Assembly (NCBI GenBank): GCA_040285855.1
Contig: JAUFOQ010000003.1
Span: 2,294,001 to 2,358,000, forward strand
DNA: 64,000 nucleotides
Source of the DNA: Eukaryota sp. GEM-RC1
Lineage: Eukaryota
Direction of reading: 5' to 3'
The position numbers were made by a program, and so were the translations under genes. Shown in pieces: positions 45,986-58,316 of the stretch; within the stretch, counting starts at the first letter, position 1, and each line of letters begins with the position of its first letter. The notes under the pieces were generated by a model. The model was not told where the DNA came from. It ran no database searches and worked only from the letters and a program-made list of their open reading frames with translations.

Positions 45986-48517
45986 ATGAGCACATCTTTC
46001 AACTCCGACTCTCGTCTTAAACGTGAATATGATGATCTACAACGAACTGCTTCCTTTGAAATCTCCCAACTTAAAGAAGAGCTTGACCGTTCCACATCAG
46101 AAAACAAAACTCTTTTACGCCAACTTGAACAATCACAGTCATCTAATGTTCAATCTCTTGAAGCTGAAATTCTTCGTCTCAAAAACAAAGTCAACAAACT
46201 CCACAGTGGCTGGACATCTTCTTCACGTAAGAGCAAGACCGATATAGAACAACTCTCTGCTCAATTAGCCCAGTCCAGATCCAGGTGCAGTAAACTCCAA
46301 AAGACTTTAAGTGAAGTCCAAGACTCTCAGTCTGAGCTAGAAGAAGAAAAGAATCTTCTTCAGTCTCAGAATTATGACCTCAAAGCACGTGAGCGGAATC
46401 TTGTTGATTCTCGAGATAGCATGAAGTCAAAATTAAAGGATCAGAGGAATCTTGAAGACCATCTACGTAATGACATTTCTTCCCAGGATGAGCAAATTCA
46501 AGATCTTTTGTCTACTCTTGAAAACTGTAAAGTTAACCTGGAAGGAATTGAAGGACTTTCTTTAGAATTGGAAGAAGCAAGAGTATTAATCAAACAACGT
46601 GACGATCGAATTACGTCACTTGAGAGTCAATTAGAAGCGCTCAAATGTGAATATGATGAAACTAGTCACGATCATTCCAACAGTAAGCAATTGATTGATG
46701 AATTGACAGTTAGAAATGAAAAGGCTCAGGAAGAGCTCAGAAATTGTGAATCTGAATTAGAACAGGTCAAAACTTCTCTAGAACAGCTCAAATCATCACG
46801 TGAGGAGTTGGAGGAAGTAAATTCTGGTTTATTGAATGAAATGTCTGGTGTTTGTCAGGAAAATGAAGAATTACACGAAAAAATCTCTGAAGTATTATCT
46901 TCTACTCAAAATAAGCAGCAAAATTTTGAACAGCAAAATAATTTAATTTTGTGTGAGAACAGACAATTAAAACAAGAAAATGCTCAGCTCAAGTCCATAA
47001 TGGAAAAATTTGAAAATTTGCCAACCCTTGTACAAGAAAAGGACAAACAAGTTCTGGATCTAACTCAAAAATTGGAATCTCAACTCAATTTTTCAAAAAA
47101 TGTAGAATCTTCCCTTTCTTCAAATGAAGAAGTTATCCAAAAACTAGAAGAACAAAACTCTGATCTATTAGCCAGATTTAATGCAACTCGTAAAGCTTTA
47201 CTTTCTAAGGAAACTGAGTTGGAAGCCTTAACCTCAGTACAGACCAGGGTTTTATCACGAATTGAGGAACAGTTAATCTCTAAACTGACTTCCGCTCCAG
47301 AAGAGATCAATCAAGAACTGATTGTTGACTCCAATTCCTCTGATGTGTCCATTCAAACTCAAGCCCCTGATGATCCTGCATCTCCCTCTGCTGACTTATT
47401 AGTCCTCCAGGATGTTGTTGCTCACTTGAAGTCAAAGTTAATCAGCCTGTCTCAAGAGAAAGCTCAATTGGAGTCTTTGAACAGAGTTCTTGAGAACCAA
47501 GGGAACGTTGCTTGTAAATTTCTTTTAGAAATTTGGGATGTCGATGCTAATAGGTATCTTGACCTTGAGAATCAACTTATAGTGGCCAAGGAGAATGGAA
47601 AGAAGCTCAAATCACGACTTAATTCTCTTGAGGAACAGAGACAACGGAAGGTGGAGGAATTAGAAGCTCAAATATCAAAAATCAGTAGCACAATATCTGG
47701 ATTTATGGCTGCTGATGATTTCGAAGCTGATTTCGATGCTTTAATCAATGAGACGATGCTGAGCTCTCCTCATAGACAACGAAAAACTCTTGATATTGCA
47801 GATTTAAATTCAGAACAAATTTCAAAGATTTCAGCAGAGTTATCTGCAGCAAATTCAAAAATTCAGTTACTGTTATGTGAAAATTCTGATCTAATTGATG
47901 ATAATTCTCAGTTACAGTCCAGGGTTAATGATCTTACCAATCAATTAAATTTGATTGAAGAATCACGTCAGTCACAGTCAGAATCTTACCTTCAAGATCA
48001 ATCATCATTCAGTCATCAATTAATCATGGCGAACAAAACCATTGAACTACTACAGGAAAAACTTAATAATTGTCACGCTGAGAAAGACGAACTCAAAGAC
48101 ACGTTACTTTCCAAAATCACAGAGGCAACAACAGTCTTGAGTGATATTTCGAATGGAAACAGAGACTCTCTTTCATCAGTGGTCACGATTCTGTCCAAAT
48201 TTGAACAGAAACTTGATATTGCTAGAAGAGGGCTATCCAAAGAGTTTTCACCTTCAATGACAAAGGCTTTAAGCTATGAACTTAGAGCTCAATCAGAAGC
48301 TCTGAGTTCAGTGCTCTCTGACACGTTATTAGTACTTGAAAACACGAGAAAATCCTCCTCTGAGGAAGTGGACTTTGTTAGAAAAGATTTGGAAGTAGTT
48401 TTGAAGGATTATTCGAATCTACCTGCACATTTGCCGAAAGTCAAAGAGTATAGGAAAAAGTTGAAGGATTTAAGGCGGCAGAAAATCTTGAAAAGTTCGA
48501 ACAAAAATTCAGTGTAA
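45986..48517 (+). CDS. Long coiled-coil protein
   Basis: 843-aa E/Q/K/L/S-rich heptad-type sequence. Confidence 0.8.
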   Translation: MSTSFNSDSRLKREYDDLQRTASFEISQLKEELDRSTSENKTLLRQLEQSQSSNVQSLEAEILRLKNKVNKLHSGWTSSSRKSKTDIEQLSAQLAQSRSRCSKLQKTLSEVQDSQSELEEEKNLLQSQNYDLKARERNLVDSRDSMKSKLKDQRNLEDHLRNDISSQDEQIQDLLSTLENCKVNLEGIEGLSLELEEARVLIKQRDDRITSLESQLEALKCEYDETSHDHSNSKQLIDELTVRNEKAQEELRNCESELEQVKTSLEQLKSSREELEEVNSGLLNEMSGVCQENEELHEKISEVLSSTQNKQQNFEQQNNLILCENRQLKQENAQLKSIMEKFENLPTLVQEKDKQVLDLTQKLESQLNFSKNVESSLSSNEEVIQKLEEQNSDLLARFNATRKALLSKETELEALTSVQTRVLSRIEEQLISKLTSAPEEINQELIVDSNSSDVSIQTQAPDDPASPSADLLVLQDVVAHLKSKLISLSQEKAQLESLNRVLENQGNVACKFLLEIWDVDANRYLDLENQLIVAKENGKKLKSRLNSLEEQRQRKVEELEAQISKISSTISGFMAADDFEADFDALINETMLSSPHRQRKTLDIADLNSEQISKISAELSAANSKIQLLLCENSDLIDDNSQLQSRVNDLTNQLNLIEESRQSQSESYLQDQSSFSHQLIMANKTIELLQEKLNNCHAEKDELKDTLLSKITEATTVLSDISNGNRDSLSSVVTILSKFEQKLDIARRGLSKEFSPSMTKALSYELRAQSEALSSVLSDTLLVLENTRKSSSEEVDFVRKDLEVVLKDYSNLPAHLPKVKEYRKKLKDLRRQKILKSSNKNSV

Positions 48518-49075
48518 CACATCTTTGCCTTTCTTGTATTTTAATCTGTATCTATAAACTTATTGTTCAGCTTTGAAGTAGGTTCATTTTTCGTTTTTTT
48601 CAGTACATGTACTACATTCAGTTTTCAAGGTCATAAAATCAAAGATAAATATTTGAATAACTAAATCCACAACATTATTACGAGATACACATTTCGATTG
48701 AGTCTAGCGATGGCATTTGAATGCGAATGATGTCTATTCTGAGTTTCAACTTGTTCCATCCTTTTGAATATTATTATCCAGTTATTCTTAATTCTACCAT
48801 AGTTTTGACTATTTTTGCTTCAATAGTTTCTAATTGAATAGTCGTCTTGTGTTTTCGAGTGGGTGTAGAAAGAATAGCCTCTTATACTAACTGAATTAAA
48901 CGTATTCAAATTGACCATAACTGTACTACTTGTCCTACTGTATACATTTTTGAAATGAATGCAAAGTTTGCATCGTAAAACAATATGAGAGTAATTATTC
49001 ATTCCAATCGAAAAATTTGTGGCGCCAACTTCTAACCCACCCAATCCTCAACATCTTCTAATCTATCTTTTTGCA

Positions 49076-50422
49076 ATGGACCAACTTGCCTCTCATGGAG
49101 GTATCAAGACAGTTGTTGTTGGAGAAATGTCTGTTGGAAAAACTTCTTTCATCTCCTCGCTTAGTAAGGGATCTTCTCGGAAATACAACAGTGGCTTTCA
49201 TCGCACTACAGTTAATTTATCAGAATTTGTACTAGATGTTTGGGACGCAGATAGTGATCTTCTTGAGGGAGGTCCCAGTGCAACTACCTTCTTTAACAAC
49301 ATTACTGTTGCAATTGTCTTATATGACTCGACTGATACTTTTACTCTAAACCAAGCTGCTAGCAAATGGATTCCCAAAGTTCGCCGAGCAGCTGCTGGTA
49401 TAATCATTCTTGTAGGTACTAAAAGCGATCTTCTTTCAGTTGAACGTCGAGAAGAAATCTCATCCAAAGCGGAAGAAATATCTTCATCTCTAGGAGTGTT
49501 CCAACTGCTGGTATCCCTTACATCACATGATACTTCTCCATTGTCAGTCTTCCTTCGAGTCCTATCACTTCGTTTACGATGTTTTGTGAGAGCTGCTAGT
49601 GATCTTTTGCCTGCAAGACCTCCAGCTAATCCCCCAGCATCGCCACCCACTATTCCACAGCTTCCCAGTCCAACCAACTCTCCTCCTACCCTTCCTTCTA
49701 GTTCTAGTTCTTCCATATCCCCTCTAAGTGTTGTTGATGAACCTCTTCATTCGCTATCTCATAGTTCAGTTGCCTACGAAGATCCTCCGCAACTCTCTCC
49801 TTCTCAACCTCAACCTCAGTCTCATTCATCTCCAACATCTTCCATCCCTAGCAAACGATCTCATTACATTCCAACCAGCACCCCCATATCCCCTGCATTT
49901 ACTTCCCCTAACTATCTTCTCACTAAACTACTAGAACCAGCTAAGAGAAGTGTGCTCCTGAATATCAAACTTTCTGACGGAAGAATTGGCCAGATTGAAG
50001 CTCACGACGGGGATTCTGCTCATCATTTGGCACAGCTGTTTGTTAAAGCCTTTAGATTATCTTCAAATCACGTCCCGAAAATTGCAAGAACTATTTCGAG
50101 GAAACTGTTCTCGTTGTCAAGGAAATCAAATGAAATCAATTATGATAGTGATTGTATGTCATCAACTGATAGACCAGCAACAACTGCTGTTCGGCCGTTT
50201 AAGTTTGCAACTGAGAAACTTGCCAAATCGAGAAGAGAACGTAGCCACTTACCGGGAGTCACTCTCAAGATTTTGATTGATAAAGCTAAAGTAGTCAATC
50301 TGACTGTCAAAGCTGGTGACGATCCGGATCTACTATCCCAGTCATTCGCCAAAACGTTTAATTTGGGCATTGAACAACGACTGGCGGTCAGAAATGCTAT
50401 AAGAGAAGCTCTGTATTGGTGA
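49076..50422 (+). CDS. Divergent Rab/Ras-like GTPase domain + Pro/Ser linker + two PFU-like C-terminal repeats
   Basis: VVGEMSVGKTS, DVWDA, LVGTKSDL; two 'i.v..GD....LA..F...F.L' repeats. Confidence 0.7.
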   Translation: MDQLASHGGIKTVVVGEMSVGKTSFISSLSKGSSRKYNSGFHRTTVNLSEFVLDVWDADSDLLEGGPSATTFFNNITVAIVLYDSTDTFTLNQAASKWIPKVRRAAAGIIILVGTKSDLLSVERREEISSKAEEISSSLGVFQLLVSLTSHDTSPLSVFLRVLSLRLRCFVRAASDLLPARPPANPPASPPTIPQLPSPTNSPPTLPSSSSSSISPLSVVDEPLHSLSHSSVAYEDPPQLSPSQPQPQSHSSPTSSIPSKRSHYIPTSTPISPAFTSPNYLLTKLLEPAKRSVLLNIKLSDGRIGQIEAHDGDSAHHLAQLFVKAFRLSSNHVPKIARTISRKLFSLSRKSNEINYDSDCMSSTDRPATTAVRPFKFATEKLAKSRRERSHLPGVTLKILIDKAKVVNLTVKAGDDPDLLSQSFAKTFNLGIEQRLAVRNAIREALYW

Positions 50423-50848
50423 TTGAAAAGATGTTAGAAAATGTTGATTTATTTAATTTTTGATTTTTGTATATCTGGTTTATGTATTTTAGATTATTGT
50501 AGGAATGAATGTAGTTATTCCAATGAGGGATTTTGGTGATGATGATCCCATGTATAAATACCTTGCTTCGGCTACCTTTGAATGAGTTTTGTGTTTAATG
50601 TAGATGCATACAGGTCAAGATGTTGAACTAGAAAACGGCGTTTATCATTAATCAGTGAATTAATTGCATTTGTTTGCAGAAAATACTAACTAACAGACAC
50701 TAACTAAAGTATCTAAACTATGATCCTTCTGTCCATCAGCGAACTTCTGACCTAAATTGAATTAAAATATCTGTGCATTGAACGAAACAACGCAAACGTT
50801 AACCTACTCAACCAAAAATTTGTTGATCTAGAAAACAAATTCACTTCA

Positions 50849-51907
50849 ATGTCTACTACACCTACACCTTCATCACGTCCGGGTTCACTACAGCGCTTTT
50901 CTCGTGAGACTCAGACTGTATCTACTCGTCAACATCATGTTCAAACAGAACAAGATTCTTTCACACAAACTCCATGTCCATCTCTCCCCGTCACTGATCC
51001 TCTAAACTATGTTAAAGTTGCTAAACCTTATGAACCTTCAGAAGCTTATTGTGAGAGACAAGAAGCTGCTGTCACAACTATTCAACGCTACTACCGAGGC
51101 TACCTCTCCCGGAAACTCTTCCGTGTGCTAAATGAGGTTGTCCGAAAGAGGCAAGAACGTATTGACTGTGATAAGAGGCTTCAGGACGATCTTTCCAAGA
51201 CCAAGCTGGAAAAAATTCTTAAAAGGAAACTCAATCCCAAAACTGCAAGTGATTTTGAACTTCTACGTGATGAGGTTAAAGATTGGTTGGAAAAGGAAAC
51301 TCAGTTAATTAAGAATAATGATAAACTGACAAACACTGAGAAAAAGACCAAGATAAAGCAGTTGTCAATGCAAGAAATTAAATTTTTCCAAAATATAGAA
51401 AAATTGAAGGTTAAAGCATTTAAAGAATGCGAACTTTCAAAAGTGGATAAAATTTTAAAAAAACTTACCTGTCCCCACTCTATGCCACTTTCTTCTGGTA
51501 ATAAGTTTGGACCATCAATAGAAGTAGTTACTCCACCAATTCAAAAGTCAATTGACCTATGTAATTGGTTTAAAAAGCTTTCTGACCGAGTGGAATCAGT
51601 AGATCAACGATTGGAACTACTTTTAGATGTTAAAACTTTGATTACAGACTTTCCCTGTAATTTGACCTATGAAATGTCAGAATTGATTGATCGTGAGGCT
51701 GATTTGTTAAATAGAGATCGTCCAGGTCGGTCACTTACCGGATTGAGAAGTAGAATTAGTGAACTTTTTCTTTTGCTAATTCAGATTCCCCAATTTAATC
51801 CAGTTGCTGGTTCATTAAATGGTGACGTGACGTTTGTCGTTGATGAGGAAGAACGTATTGAGTGTCAAAGTCGATGTTCAATAGGTTTGGAAGTTGATTT
51901 GATGTGA
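50849..51907 (+). CDS. IQUB: IQ and ubiquitin-like domain-containing protein homologue (axonemal radial spoke), short form
   Basis: RETQT, TIQRYYRGYLSRK, KLNPKTASDF, RLELLL, ELIDREADLLNR, GLRSRI..LF...PQFNP. Confidence 0.82.
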   Translation: MSTTPTPSSRPGSLQRFSRETQTVSTRQHHVQTEQDSFTQTPCPSLPVTDPLNYVKVAKPYEPSEAYCERQEAAVTTIQRYYRGYLSRKLFRVLNEVVRKRQERIDCDKRLQDDLSKTKLEKILKRKLNPKTASDFELLRDEVKDWLEKETQLIKNNDKLTNTEKKTKIKQLSMQEIKFFQNIEKLKVKAFKECELSKVDKILKKLTCPHSMPLSSGNKFGPSIEVVTPPIQKSIDLCNWFKKLSDRVESVDQRLELLLDVKTLITDFPCNLTYEMSELIDREADLLNRDRPGRSLTGLRSRISELFLLLIQIPQFNPVAGSLNGDVTFVVDEEERIECQSRCSIGLEVDLM

Positions 51908-52189
51908 TTGTTTTGATCTGTATTTTGTATTTTAGTTTTTTCTTCACTTTTATTAAAGTGAATCGAACTTTTGGGAGTGATTCCGATCAGTTTCGTGTAC
52001 TGGTAGAAGATCTTTACTGAACCAAAGAGTTTGGTGGTAATTTAAGAATGTATTATTTATAAATTTGATCGTATTGTTTGCAATGATTGTGGTATGCTTG
52101 CTTAGAACCAGACTTCTACAGTAGTAGAAACAGGAATTAATTACTACATGTAAACCGATCCAAATCATTTTTTTCAAGACTTTTTGTAA

Positions 52190-53826
52190 ATGAATGTCTC
52201 TTTCCTTTCACATCCTTTGCACCTGGACTGACAAGAGATACCGAGTTCTGGCCAAAAAGATGATCTACAACGCCTAAAAATATCCAAAATCCTTCGTCAG
52301 CTTCAGACTTCTATTGACCATCCAGTGTCCAAGTGTGATGTCTCTCTAGATGGTAAACCCATACTTCATTCTTCTACCGCTGCTGAGGCCAACCTTTATG
52401 ATGGGGCTCTTCTTAACTTGTCCCAGCAACCTCCCACACCTCCACCACCATCACCAGATCCTCCTATCAATACCCCCTCAACTGTCTCAAATACCACACT
52501 TATAGAACCTCCAGTACTTCCCTCCTCCACAGACCTATCTTCCCTTGTCCACGACTTCTTAAATCTCTCTCGTCTATGTTACTTCTGGGAACGACAAGCT
52601 CTCAGTCAAGTTGATGAAGAAAGCAACAGAGTGAATACAGAGGTACTTTTATCTCTACAACAAGAATTACACCAATTAAAATTAGAACAAGACCAACACT
52701 CAAAGTTTAGAAGTACCACTCACAACTCATCTTCTGGAGAGGTTTTCCTTCTTCGTCAGCAACTTTTGGACTACGAGCGAAGACTTGAACAAGAACAAAA
52801 TGAGAATTTCAAACTGCGGACGGAATTAGAAGATCTGAAAGGCAACATTAGAGTGATTGTTCGAATCAAACCCCCGACTGACAATCAGTCTTGCTTAGTC
52901 AGCACCAATGACGTCACCCTTTCAATCAAAGCTAAGAACGGTCTACGATCCTTCGACTTCTCCTCTGTCCTTCCCCCCACCTCCTCTCAACTCAATGTCT
53001 TCTCTACAGTCTCCGGGTTAGTTGGATCCTTTGTTGATGGGTATAATGTCTCAATGTTTGCATATGGAGCAACTGGAAGTGGTAAGACTTATACTATTGC
53101 TGGAGAATCTAATCAAAAGGAGTTGCACAGAGGTTTTTAGAGTCGTTGTTTCAGAAACTTCAGAAGAAACACCGGGCTTTTGCAAATGGAAAGATAACGT
53201 CATCATGGATAGTGATGATTGGTATCAGTGAGCTCTATAATGACGAGGTTTATGACCTATTTGATGGATCACGTTTAACTCTACGTCAGCGAAAGGATTT
53301 ATCGTATTTTGCTGCCGGTCAGAAATGGAAACATGTGCAATCAGCAGCTGAGGCAGTTACTCTTTTCGAACAAGCTCTATTAAGGAGAACTCAGGGGTCA
53401 ACGAGAGTCAACGAGAAAAGCTCACGGTCACACGTGTTTTTTACTGTTGATCTTAAACAATCGCTTCATCAATCAGACAACGTGATCACTTCAAAATTAG
53501 TCATTACTGATCTCGCAGGGTCAGAACGAATAGGAAAGAGTCGGACTGATTCTTCTAAGTCATTGCTAAAAGAAACTCAATCTATTAATTCCTCTCTTTG
53601 TGCTCTTGGTGATGTTGTCTCTTCATTAGCTCTAGAACGTCCACATATACCTTATAGGAATTCTAAACTTACTAGATTGTTGCAGGATGTTCTGGGGGGT
53701 AAGTCCAAGACTGTAATGTTTGCTAATGTTTCTGGAGATTGTCATGATGTTCAAGAGACTCTAGCTACTTTGGGATTTGCACATAGGATTAATACTGTTT
53801 GTACACAACGACAGATTGTAAAATAA
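52190..53826 (+). CDS. Kinesin-14 (C-terminal motor)
   Basis: Neck ELEDLKGNIRVIVR, AYGATGSGKTYT, NEKSSRSH, DLAGSER, HIPYRNSKLT; frameshifts near 52220 and 53135; start approximate. Confidence 0.88.
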
Positions 53827-54193
53827 TTTAAAAATTTTATTTATTGCTAATTTACTTGTATACTATTTGGGCGGCTTTTTTTGGAAATGTATTTCTTTAT
53901 GAACAAAATATATCTGTATCCATGTGTATTTGTTTTCAACTTTCACTGAGTAACTAAGTAGAATTCGAATTCGGCAACTTCACCTTGACTGATGTTAAGC
54001 CATATCGATAGATACCTTCATGCAATTGTAACTTCATTTTAACTAATATGAAGTTACTATCAAATAACATAGTACAGTAAGTGTATAATTAATAGAACAT
54101 CAATGTTTTCCAAAAACCGATAATAAATTAGATGTATCTAATGAAAAATTCAACAGAAATTCATATACAATAGAAACAATAAATTAGTACTAA

Positions 54194-55637
54194 TTACACT
54201 GACAAATCAGTAAAACTATCATCATCCAAAAGCGAACCTTCTGCTTTCACCTTCATCAAAACTGCAATCTCAGTAAAAGACTTTCCTCTAGTTTCTGGAA
54301 TTGAGCTCAGCACGAAAATAAAGCCTAAAACACAAATAATACAGAATATTAAAAACACAGGTTCAATATGATCATTAAACAATCTAACCAACGGCAGAAA
54401 CGAAAAAGAAACAACCAAATTACTGGTCCAATTAACCACCAATCCAACAGAAACTCCTGCAGCTCTATTATGATCAGGAAAGATCTCTGAAATCACAGTC
54501 CACATTACAGCCCCCGGACCAACAGCAAAGGGAAGCAATGTACACTGTCATACCAGCAACACAAACATAAAAGTATTCTGAAGATCCAACTGAGATAAAG
54601 AAAGGAGCGGCGAAGAGTAGGAAAAGGGAAACTATTTGTCCACCTAGTCCGAATAGCAGAAGAGTTTTTCTACCAAGATTGTCAACTAATTTGGCGGCGA
54701 ATAGCGTGGCGATGACGTTTACAGCCATGGTTAGTATAGTGGCTTTCTCTTCTGAGCCATGGAGTCCAGAATTTTTAAAAATTTGAGCTGAATAATAAAT
54801 TACTGCATTGATTCCGGATAATTGTTGAACCATATTAATAATGATTGCAATCATCAGAGGTTTCCGACAACTAGAAAATCGAAGTTTCCTTTTAACAACA
54901 CCTCCTTGACTTTGAGAGACTTCCTGAAGAATCTGTTTGACTTCATCCTCAACTTCTTCTCTTTTCTTTGACCTTAAAACAGCCAGAGAACGCGACATCT
55001 TGGCCTTACATTCTTCTTCGTCCTTCTTACCTAATACCATTGCATGCCACCTAGGAGATTCCACCAAAACCCATGAGAAGATGATCTGAACAAAGGCAGG
55101 GACAGCTAAGAAACCCACAGTGATCCTCCACCCTTGGTTAAGAGAGGCAGCAAAGTAACCAACAATGACTCCTGAAAGAATACCAAACACAACTCCCATT
55201 TGGGTAGATACTGAAGAGAAACCACGTAGAGAAGGAGGAGAGATCTCGGACATGAAGCAAGGAACGACGATGGATGAGATTCCGACAGCAGTGCCGGCAA
55301 CGAAGCGGCCAATGGTTAGGGTGAGAACGTCAGGGGAAAGGGCACAGATAACAGCACCAGCAATGAAGATTATGTTGGTGTAAAGCAGGGTTTTCCTGCG
55401 TCCGTACTTGTCTGCAAATCGAGAAGCAATCATTGAAGATAACATTGCTCCAACAACAGCTGAAGATGTTACAATGGACTTCCATGTGTCATCTTTGAGA
55501 TTTGGTAATTCATCACCAATGAAGCCAGGCTTACCATTATCTAAGAGAGGGATATTTAGTGATGAAAGGACATAACCAAACATAAGTGTTGACAAACATC
55601 CAAGGAAGATGTTAGAATACAAGCGTGCAGAAGCCAT
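54194..55637 (-). CDS. MFS sugar porter (GLUT/SP family)
   Basis: ADKYGRR, GRFVAG, EISP..LRG, VESPRW, QQLSGINAVIYY, DNLGRK, EIFP, PETRGK; frameshift near 54530. Confidence 0.92.
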
Positions 55638-55864
55638 TCGGGGAAGTACAAATCGAGAGAAAAGAAGAAGGAAAGAACTAGAAGTCCGGTAAGACATTAA
55701 TGTCCAAATTTCAGGTCGAAAAGCTAAACTGAGTTAAACTGATTTGTACGAACATCAACTGATCTGCTTTGTTAGATTAGGGAAACAGTAGGAAATATTC
55801 AGCCGTGTAAAACAAATATTAGTCTGGTCTACTACTAATAATGAAAGCGGACTTATGTGCAAAA

Positions 55865-56439
55865 CATGGAACGCAAATGTTCCGTACCGCGGCGATTTTA
55901 GGCGTACCGTACAGTACGTACGTACGGTACAAGTACCGGTACTGTTCGTTTGACCGACTAAAACACATTATTACTATTTTGAACATGATGATCCAATGTG
56001 AGATTTTCACAGTTACCATCGTCATAAATTCTACCGTTAAACATCGCTCAGGATATCAAAATCGTGATTGTCACACTTATTCACATTTAGGGTACGTCAT
56101 TTGCTGACCACCACTTCCCCAAAATGACATTATTTCGTAAGAAGCTCAGCAATCGCTAGAAATCACCAATAGTTGTAACGTCTTCGAATCACAATGTGTT
56201 TAACGAGTGACTATGACGGAATATAACAATGATAAAGTGTCCAAAAACCCACAGATTGGATTTCTAAACGATCAGTAGCAATTTGCACTATTACTGTGTA
56301 TGACTAGTGAATGAACCTCCACTCAAAAAATAGTATTTGTAAATTCATTTCGATCATTCAGAAATAGGCTTTTATTATAATCAAATGACACCGGTACGGA
56401 TAATATAAATCGGTACGTACCAGATATTTGCGCACAATG
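55865..56439. mobile_element. hAT-type MITE family A, copy 3
   Basis: CATGGAACGCAAAT...ATTTGCGCACAATG; perfect TSD GTGCAAAA. Confidence 0.9.
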
Positions 56440-57489
56440 GTGCAAAACACACAACAAGAAAACAACAAATACAGTAAATACAGATTATTAAAACAAATTA
56501 TCAAACGAACTACCGAATGCCGAAAAGTAGTTACCACCAAACAACTTGGACAAAATAAATCAACATATCTATAAAAAGACCTAAAAATCGAAAAGCAAAT
56601 TTACTGTTGTTAAACTGATTGCCAGATTCTGAACACAAGCTTTGAAATAAATTTATGAACACTACTTGGTAGAAGAACCGAAATGTCCGTGCAAAGAAAC
56701 TGCAAAAGGCTGGAGGATGATATTATTGTGTCTTCATGAATTCAGTGCAGCAACTTGATGTACGTACTTTGACACTTTAGCGGTCTCAGCGGCTTTCAGT
56801 GGATCATTTGAAGTATTTAAAATAGTGGCAATAGCTGAAGCTTTGCAAGGGTCAACAATCAACTATTCAGGTCCTTACTTATAAAATACTGAGTTTTTCA
56901 TATTCTTAATTTTTCTGGTATCGTGTCAGGCCCTCTCATAAGATAATTTAAAATAATTTGAACATCAAAAAGCGCTAAAAATAAATGTGAAATAAAAACA
57001 AAATATTTTATTAGTACAGTTTCTCTCAGTCACTATCGATGATTACATAATCCATTTGATCATCCCTTTCTTGTCGAAAGTGGTTAGTTGACTTTCTGCT
57101 TCGTAGAATTGCTCTGACTGTGTCGCCACCACCTGTGGGTCTTCAACATTGATTCAATATTAAGCATCGTGGACGACCATGAGAATCGTTCATTGATCAT
57201 ATGTACGGATATAGTCGTTGGATTGGCTTAGAACACAGGTAAAGGCACGTCTGTGTCGGTTAGGTTCGATATTGAAATGGCAAAGTTTGAGGGAAAATGA
57301 CTTGACTTTGATTCTGGGTTGAGCGTGAGTATTTCACACATCATGTTTCAAGTCAATCAACAACCTTGAGCACGAAATTAACCGATGCATTATATAGATC
57401 AATGAAGTTTACTTTCTGACATTTTATTTATATTTATTTATATTTTGTTTGTATTTAGTTTTTCACTCAACAACCTAGACCTTTTGGTT

Positions 57490-57959
57490 TACATTTCAAC
57501 AATGATGCTTGGAAGCAAAATATGCGTCTTCGATTAGGTTTATTCCCTAGTGGTTTGCTAAATAATTCAATCTGTGTTTGCGATAACCGATCTACAGCCA
57601 CATTTCGTCATGTTGTTAGTTGCAAGAAATTTTTGCAATTTCGACCTGTTCTACATAACGCTGTTCGTGACGTTACTTATGAAATGTTCAAATCCTACAA
57701 TTATAGTTGTAAAATTGAACCTCTTCTGAAACATTATAGTGACAATAACGTGTTTGATTCTCGGCGTGGTGACTTAATTGCTCCTTTCCTGGATTCATCT
57801 CAAATTGTGGTTGATTTTACAACAGTTGACCCGTTTGCAAAAGTCTACCAAGACTCCATATTGAATGATTCGAATGGTCATCTGGAAAAGGCTGAACAAC
57901 GAAAGTGTTCAAATTATGCGGATGCTTTGCAGAAGCTTAATGAAAATCTATATTCTTAA
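57490..57959 (+). pseudogene. 5'-truncated CRE-like retrotransposon (zinc finger + RLE endonuclease)
   Basis: MRLRLG..CVC..HVVSC..HNAVRD..IEP..RRGDL..VDFTTVDP..AEQRK..Y. Confidence 0.75.
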
Positions 57960-58316
57960 TACTTTTTTGATCTCTTCTTGTCCCCATAAACATATGTTCT
58001 TCTTCAGCATTAGAACCTTTTCCAATTTGCTACGTGAAATTGCGTATGGTCCTTCAAGAATCACTCTCGCCTCAATGAACAGCCGTTCAGATGAGATGGA
58101 ATGATAATAAAAAACTGAATGCAATATTTTGGAATAAATAAAATGTTTTTTTTCAAACCAATAAATATTGCTACAGTTTGTATGATCCCAATAAATATTT
58201 ATGAGCAATAAATATTGAAATATTTAAAAGAAATATACTCTTCCATCTTACTAGTACATGTATCAACAAAGGAACATTTTGATAAATATTACACAATTGC
58301 CTGAATCAGTGATGAG

